Notes under the pieces: generated by a model | What the model was told of the DNA's origin: nothing | Database searches by the model: none | The model's input: the letters and a program-made list of their open reading frames with translations, nothing else | Assembly (NCBI RefSeq): GCF_963921235.1 | Contig: NC_086107.1 | Span: 111,912,001 to 111,976,000, forward strand | From: Mobula hypostoma | Lineage: Eukaryota | Direction: 5' to 3' | DNA: 64,000 bases | Made by a program: the position numbers and the translations under genes | Shown: one piece after another, positions 57,940 through 64,000 of the stretch | Numbering within the stretch: position 1 is the first letter of the stretch | Layout: every line of letters begins with the position of its first letter

Positions 57940-59730
57940 TTTGGATCAGCTTTCCATGAGGGACTTTGTCAAACACCTTACTAAAATCTCTGTAGACAAC
58001 GTCCATTGCCCTACCCTCATCAATCTCTCTCGTTACCTTGTCAAAAACTCAATCAAATTGTTAAGACATGACCTGCCAAACACAAAGCTATGCAGCCTCT
58101 TCTTAATTAGGCCATGGGTTTCCAAATGGTTATGTATCCTATCACTAAGAATTTTCTCCAGCAATTTCCCTATGATTGATGTGAAACTCACTGGTTTATA
58201 GTTCCCAGGATTTTCCCTTGTTTTCTTCTTAGAGAGCAACATTAGCCACTCTCCAGTCTCCTTGGACCTGGCCTGTGCCTAGAGAGGACACGGAGATACT
58301 AGTCAAGCCCCCAGCAATCCTGTTGCTTGCCTCCTTCAATAACCTGAGGTAAATTCCATCTGGCCCTGGGGACTTATACTCATCGGGAGGCCCAACACTT
58401 CCTCCTCCTTGACCTTAACATATTTATACACTCAGCACTGACCTCCTGGTCCTCCATGTCCTTTTCCATGTTAACCATTCGTCAGTGGAACTAGGTTAGG
58501 AAACTCAATCGGTAACTCGTAATTATTCGAAGCTCGCACTTTATTGTCTCTGCACAAGCAATAAAGTAACTATGTTGACCCCAGGCCAACAACTTCGAAC
58601 ATGAATCCTACTGTTCCCTCTGTACCAATACTCACCAAGACAACTTGTCCAATTTATAACACCAAAATAAGAGATCTCCGTTGGCCAGATGATCAATCCT
58701 TTCTCTTCCTAGACCCTGATGTGGAGGTTCTTCATTGCAATGGTGGGTCTCTTGAAAGAGTTATCACTGATTGCACCACTGAAGTGTCCTCTTTTTTTAT
58801 TCATTCCTAACCAATTCAAATAATGTATTCCAGTGTCATTAGCTGTAGGTCATGTGTCTGACCTTTAACACCTGTTTATTGGTTCTGCTCCTGAGCAGCA
58901 TCCATTTATTGTCCTATTCCAAGCAAATGACAGTCAGTAATTTATGACTCTTTGTTCTCTTCAGTATCCAGGTCAAATCACTCCAGGCAGGCACCAACCC
59001 CAACATTCACAAACCTGCATGTTATCAAAGACACCTCACAAATAACATTTTCTTTGGAAATGACCACTAGTCCAGCAGATTACCTGAAGCATCATTGTGT
59101 CTACTTTAAAACATAGAAAGCCAAGCAACTTCATCTCACGAAATGGAGGATGTAAAACAGTTCCACAAAATCTCCAAGCACAGGGCAGGAACAAAGACAA
59201 TTGATCTGCCTGCTTTCACTGTCTTTGACCCATTTGAGTTCAATGTTTTCTTCCATATTTTAAATCTGCCATGGCCAACATCTTCCCCCTTTTCATCCAC
59301 TGACCTCCTTGACCTCTAAATGCCTTAACATATTTATACACTCAGCACTGATTTCCTGATCCTTCATGTCCTTCACCTTGGTAAATACTTAATACTCATT
59401 AAGTATCTCACTCACATTCTCCTCATCCAAGAAAATATTCCCCTCTTTATCCTTGAGTGGTCCCACTCTCTCCCTAGTTATCCTCTTGCTCTTGATATAT
59501 GTATAGAATGCCTTGGGATTCACATTAATCCTACTTGCCAGAGGCTTTTCATGACTCTTCCTGGTTTTTTCTAATTCCCTTCTGACCCAGCTCTCTTGTT
59601 ACCATCACCCTGCCAACCGAGATTAAATTCTCCACAACAGCTCTAATAAACCTGCCCTCAATGACATCGTTCCCTCTCATGCTCAGGTGTAACCCCTCCT
59701 TTTTGTACTGTGCCTTCAACAGAAGAGATC
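57940..59730 (-). mobile_element. Old CR1 ORF2 relic interrupted by an LTR
   Basis: NPGNYKPVSFTSIIGKLLEKIL..GRSCL and [11 protein letters not shown] on the minus strand; continues after 59304. Confidence 0.75.
58469..59294 (-). mobile_element. Retrovirus-type LTR (812 bp, 58469-59280) with adjacent polypurine tract
   Basis: On the minus strand, PPT GAAAAGGGGGAAGA precedes TGTTGGCCAT...ATGGTTAACA (8/10 inverted repeat). TATAAA at 58653-58658 and AATAAA at 58540-58545 lie in U3-R-U5 order. Confidence 0.75.
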
Positions 59731-59784
59731 CCCAGAGAAACGAACGCCTAGAAACATTCAAATGAACTAGATCTATCTCTCCCA

Positions 59785-59830
59785 CTCTCTCCCTCTCCCT
59801 CTCCCTCTCCCTCTCCCTCTCCCTCTCCCT
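59785..59830. repeat. (CTCTCC)n microsatellite
   Basis: Direct reading. Confidence 0.9.
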
Positions 59831-62494
59831 GGAAGATTATCCAAGATTTAAGATTCAAGATTGTTTAATGTCATTTCCTGTACAAAAGTGTAAGGGGAAT
59901 GAATTAATTGTTGCACTGAATCTGATGCGGCACAAAACACTCCCACAAAAGATATAGAATACAATAATAATATAAAAAGCAATAAATATTGATACAGAAG
60001 GTAGCTTACATATCTCGATTGATTGCATGTCCATAAAATGATGACAGGCTGTACATAAAGTGACTGACAGATGCAGTTAGTGGTTAGAGGGTATTGATCA
60101 AACTTTAAAGCTCAAAGTTAATTTATTATCACTATATCCAACACTGAGATTTTATTTATCTATTCATTTAGCTATACAGCGCAGAGGAGACCCTTTAGGC
60201 TCTTTGTCGCACTGCCCAGCAAACCCCGGTTAACCCTAACAATTTACAATGTCCAATCAACCTACCAATCGGCGTGTCTTCGTGGAGGAAACTAGAGCAC
60301 CCAAAGGAAACCTATGCGGTCATGCGGAGAATATATGAACTCGTTACAAGTACCTGCGGAAAGCTAACACATTCCATGGGGAGGGTGTACAGGCTCCTTG
60401 CAGACGGGGCCAGAATTGAACTCCAGGCTCTGAAAGATCCCGTGCTGTAATAGTGTTGCTTCAGCCACTGCACTACTGTCTTCTTGCGGGCATACACAGT
60501 AAGTCCAAGAAACATCACAGAATCAATGAAAGACCGCTCTTAACAGGATGGGCAAACAACCAGTGTGTGAGAGACAGCAAATTGTGCAAATACAAAAGGA
60601 AACAAATAGAAATAAAAATAAATAAGCAGTAAATACTGAGAACATGAGAGTCTTGATTAGCCTCACTGTTTGGGGAAAGTAACTAGTTTTGAGACTGGCA
60701 TGGATATTATGTAGCCTCCTCCCTGTTGGGAGTTGAACCAACAGTCCATGAGCAGGGTGAGTGGGATCCTTTATAATGTTACTGGCCCTTTTCCAGCACC
60801 TTTCTGCATATTAGAATCAGGTTAATATCATCGGCGTACATCTTGAAATTTGTTAACTTAGCGGCGGTATACAATGCAATAAATAATAGTATAGAGAAAA
60901 AAATGAACAAGTAAATCAATTACAGTAAGTATATTAAATAGTTAAATTAAAAATAGTACAAAAACAGAAAAAATAAAAAAGTGAGGTAGTGTCCATGCGT
61001 TCAATATCCATTTAGAAATCAGATGGCAGAGGGGAAGATGTTGTTCCTATTTCACTGAGTGTGTGCCTTCAGGCTTCTGTACCTCCTTTCTGACAGTAAC
61101 GATGAGAAGAGGGTACATCCTGGCTGGTGGGGGTCCTTAATGATGAACAGCACCTTTCTGAAGATCCACTCCTTGAAGATGCCTTATATATCCATAAGAC
61201 AACATGTAAAATTTGAGCTGGACCCCGCTGTTAAAACTGCGGCTGGAAATGTGCTGTGGGATTCAGCATACAGCATCGGATCAAGGCCCCTCCCCACCAC
61301 CTTTTGCGAAGAGAAGTGTCCTCCCCCCACCCCACCCCCCTGACTCTAGCAGTGGATATATACAGAAAACAGTTAACAGACTGCAGTTATACAAAGTTCA
61401 AAGTAAAAATTCATGCAGTAAATCATATCAAGATTAGAAATTAACTGCGACTTTCATTTCCTTATTGGGTTGGGCAAAAGTTAAGTTTGTGCCTTTGTGG
61501 TTTCAATGATTACTGCAGAAACGATCACACCAACGCAGAGGGGTGGACAGGAAAAAGGAAAAAAGTTTCCTGCCGGTGGAGCTTAGTAGGAGAAAGCTTC
61601 CCAAACTTGTTAAAGTGATCTTGGATTGAAACTGGCATGAATCCCTTCAACCGGCACCAGCTTCTGCTGCTGACACTGATCTTGACTTGGGTGAGCCTTG
61701 CAATCTCTGTCACATTATTGAATGTTCCACTCTAATCAAATCACTTCTGTTATGTGTGAGAGTGCTTTGCTTTAATCTTGACAGTTAGATATTCTATTGT
61801 TGAAGGTGAATCAAAAACGCTCTCAGTAAAATTGTTCTATAACTCGATCACACTTTTAAGAGAAGTTTGGATAGGTACATGGATAGTAGGGATATGGAGT
61901 GCTATGGTCCCGGCACAGTTTGATGGAAGTAGGCTGTTTAAATGGTTTTGGTATGGACTAGATGGGACAAAGGGCCTGTTTCTGTGCTTTACTTCTCTAT
62001 GACTCTATCTGAAGGATTGTGCTGAAAATCTCCAAGGGTTCCAGAGATGAAGTGGAGAGTAGTGTTAACAGAGAGCAAATTGTTACAGGGCATTGGGGTC
62101 GGGTTTATAGTCATAGTCATACTTTATTGATCCCGAGGGAAATTGGTTTTCATTACAGTTGCACCATAAATAATTAAATAGTAATATGTAAATTATGCCA
62201 GGAAATAAGGTTAGAGCAGGACAAGAGTTCCAGTTGTGTAGTATAGAGAGATGGGCGCAAGAGCAAGATGTATTACAGTGATGGGGAGGTTAAAATGAGA
62301 AAAGTGGCGGTTGGGGGGGGGGAATCACCATGAGGGCATGCTACAGTGAAGAGTTCATACATTGAAGAGTTTGATATACAGTAGTGAGCTAATCATGGTG
62401 TTACATCGAACAGAGTGCAGAGAGCTTTGCGGCGAAATGTACTGAGTTAATGCTACTGCAGAAAGTGACATAGTGAGGGTATGTCACAATGAGG

Positions 62495-63090
62495 CGCACA
62501 AAATGCTGGTGGAACACAGCAGGTCAGTCCAGATAGATGAAAATGAATGAACAGTCAACGTTTCGGGCCCTTCTTCAGGACTGAGAAGGAAGGGGGAAGA
62601 TGCCAGAATAAAAAAGATGGGGGGGAGGACAACTGGAAGGTGATGGGTGAAGCCAGGTGGTGGGAAAGGTTAAGGGCAGGAGAAGAAGGGATCTGATAGG
62701 AGAGGTGAGTGGACCATAGGAGAAAGGGATGAAAGAGGAGGAAGTAACAGGCAGATGAGAAGAAATAAAAGGTTAGAGTGGGAAATAGAAAAAAGAGGAG
62801 TCGAATTTGTTTACTGGAAGGAGAAATCAATATTCATGCCATCAGGTTGGAGGGTGCCCGGATGGAATACAAGGTGTTGTTCCTCCACCCTGAGGGTGGC
62901 CTCATCGTGGCACAATAGGAGGCCATGGACTAATATGTTGGAATGGGAATGGGAATGGGAATTAAAGTACTTGGCCGCTGGGAAGTCCCGCTTGTGGTGG
63001 ATGGCGCGGAGGTGCTGCTGGACCTGCTGAGTTCCTCCCGCAGTTTCTGTGTGTTGCTTTAGATTTCCAGCATCTACAGAATCTCTTGCC
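62495..63090 (-). mobile_element. Penelope-like fragment with an inverted tail at its truncated end
   Basis: Minus-strand EN C-terminus plus tail; the hammerhead at 62552-62583 lacks the stem II loop. A forward-oriented tail copy follows at ~63013-63090. Confidence 0.8.
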
Positions 63091-63300
63091 TTTATGCTAC
63101 AGTGAGGGTTTGCTACAGCAAGGGGAGTATTCCAGTGAGGCCAGTTACAGCAAGGTTTTAATCAGAAAGGGTCATCTTTTCACACGGTCAGAAGAGTGAT
63201 CATTAGTTCCAGTTCCATCACGGGCACTGGCCTCCGTAGTGTCCAGGACATCTTCAAGGGGCGATGCCTCTAAAAGGCGGCATCCATCCTTAAAGACCCC

Positions 63301-64000
63301 CAACACACACAACACGCTGGAGGAACTCAGCAGGTCGGGCAGCATTCGTGGAAATGAACCGTCAACGTTTCGGGCCGAGACCCTTCGTCAGGACTGAAGA
63401 GGGAGGGAGCAGAGGCCCTATAAAGAAGGTGGGGGGAGGGTGGAAAGGAGAAGGCTGGTAGGTTCCAAGTGAAGAACCAGTAAGGGGAAAGATAAAGGGG
63501 TGGGGGAGGGGATAAGCAGGGAAGGTGAAGGAGGAACAGGGGAAAGCACAATGGGTAGTAGAAGGAGGCGGAACCATGAGGGAGGTGATAGGCAGCTGGG
63601 GGAGGGGGCAGACTGAAACTGGGATGGGGGAAGGGAGGGGGAGGGAATTATCGGAAGTTGGAGAATTCAATGTTCATACCAAGGGGCTGGAGACTACCCA
63701 GATGGTATATGAGGTGTTGCTCCTCCAACCTGAGTTTGGCCTCATCATGGCAGTAGAGGAGGCCATGTATGGCCATATCCGAATGGGAATGTGAAGCAGA
63801 GTTGAAGTGGGTGGCAACCAGGAGATCCTGTCTGTTGTGGCAGACGGAGCAGAGGTGCTCGACGAAGTGGTTCCCCAATCTGCATCGGGTCTCACCAATG
63901 TAGAGGAGGTCACACTGGGAGCACCGGATGCAATAGATGACCCCAACAGACTCACTAGTGAAGTGTTGCCTCACCTGGAAGGACTGTTTGGGGCCCTGAA
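63301..64000 (-). mobile_element. Penelope-like element running off the window: GIY-YIG endonuclease plus 3' UTR
   Basis: Open frame 63648-63974(-): GVIYCIRCSQCDLLYIGETRCRLGNHFVEHL...EEQHLIYHLGSLQPLGMNIEFSNFR*. Confidence 0.9.
63359..63396 (-). ncRNA. Minimal hammerhead ribozyme
   Basis: CAGUC-CUGACGA-A-GGGU(CUCG)GCCC-GAAA-CG-UU/GACGG, with a palindromic AACGUU stem III and a GUU triplet. Confidence 0.7.

Noticed and set aside
43100..64000. A second host gene downstream of the phosphatase
   Set aside because: I found no exon chain on either strand. The region is nearly all TE-derived, though small exons could be missed by eye.

Overview
This is eukaryotic (vertebrate) genomic DNA. The repeat mix (CR1, Rex1/Babar, V-SINE-like tRNA SINEs, Penelope tails) points to a cartilaginous fish, probably a ray; this is inference. 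The only host gene I can support is the 3' part of a + strand R3-subtype receptor tyrosine phosphatase most like PTPRH/SAP-1. It has 12 phase-compatible GT-AG exons from 2003 to a stop at 43011, encoding two FN3 domains, a TM helix, one intact PTP domain and a tail with two IYEN motifs. The rest is mostly transposon-derived. It includes three-level nested insertions, a near-full-length CR1, Tc1, Tigger, Harbinger and hAT-like DNA elements, a PNMA-like Gypsy gag relic and a retrovirus-type LTR with its polypurine tract. The most notable non-coding signal is a family of Penelope-like (GIY-YIG) elements whose 3' tails carry a minimal type-I hammerhead ribozyme. There are about 10 intact or decayed motifs, including a TSD-flanked fold-back mini-element and a sense-strand copy inside a phosphatase intron. 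Most short ORFs in the supplied track are spurious or TE debris. All family assignments come from motif recognition, not database searches.
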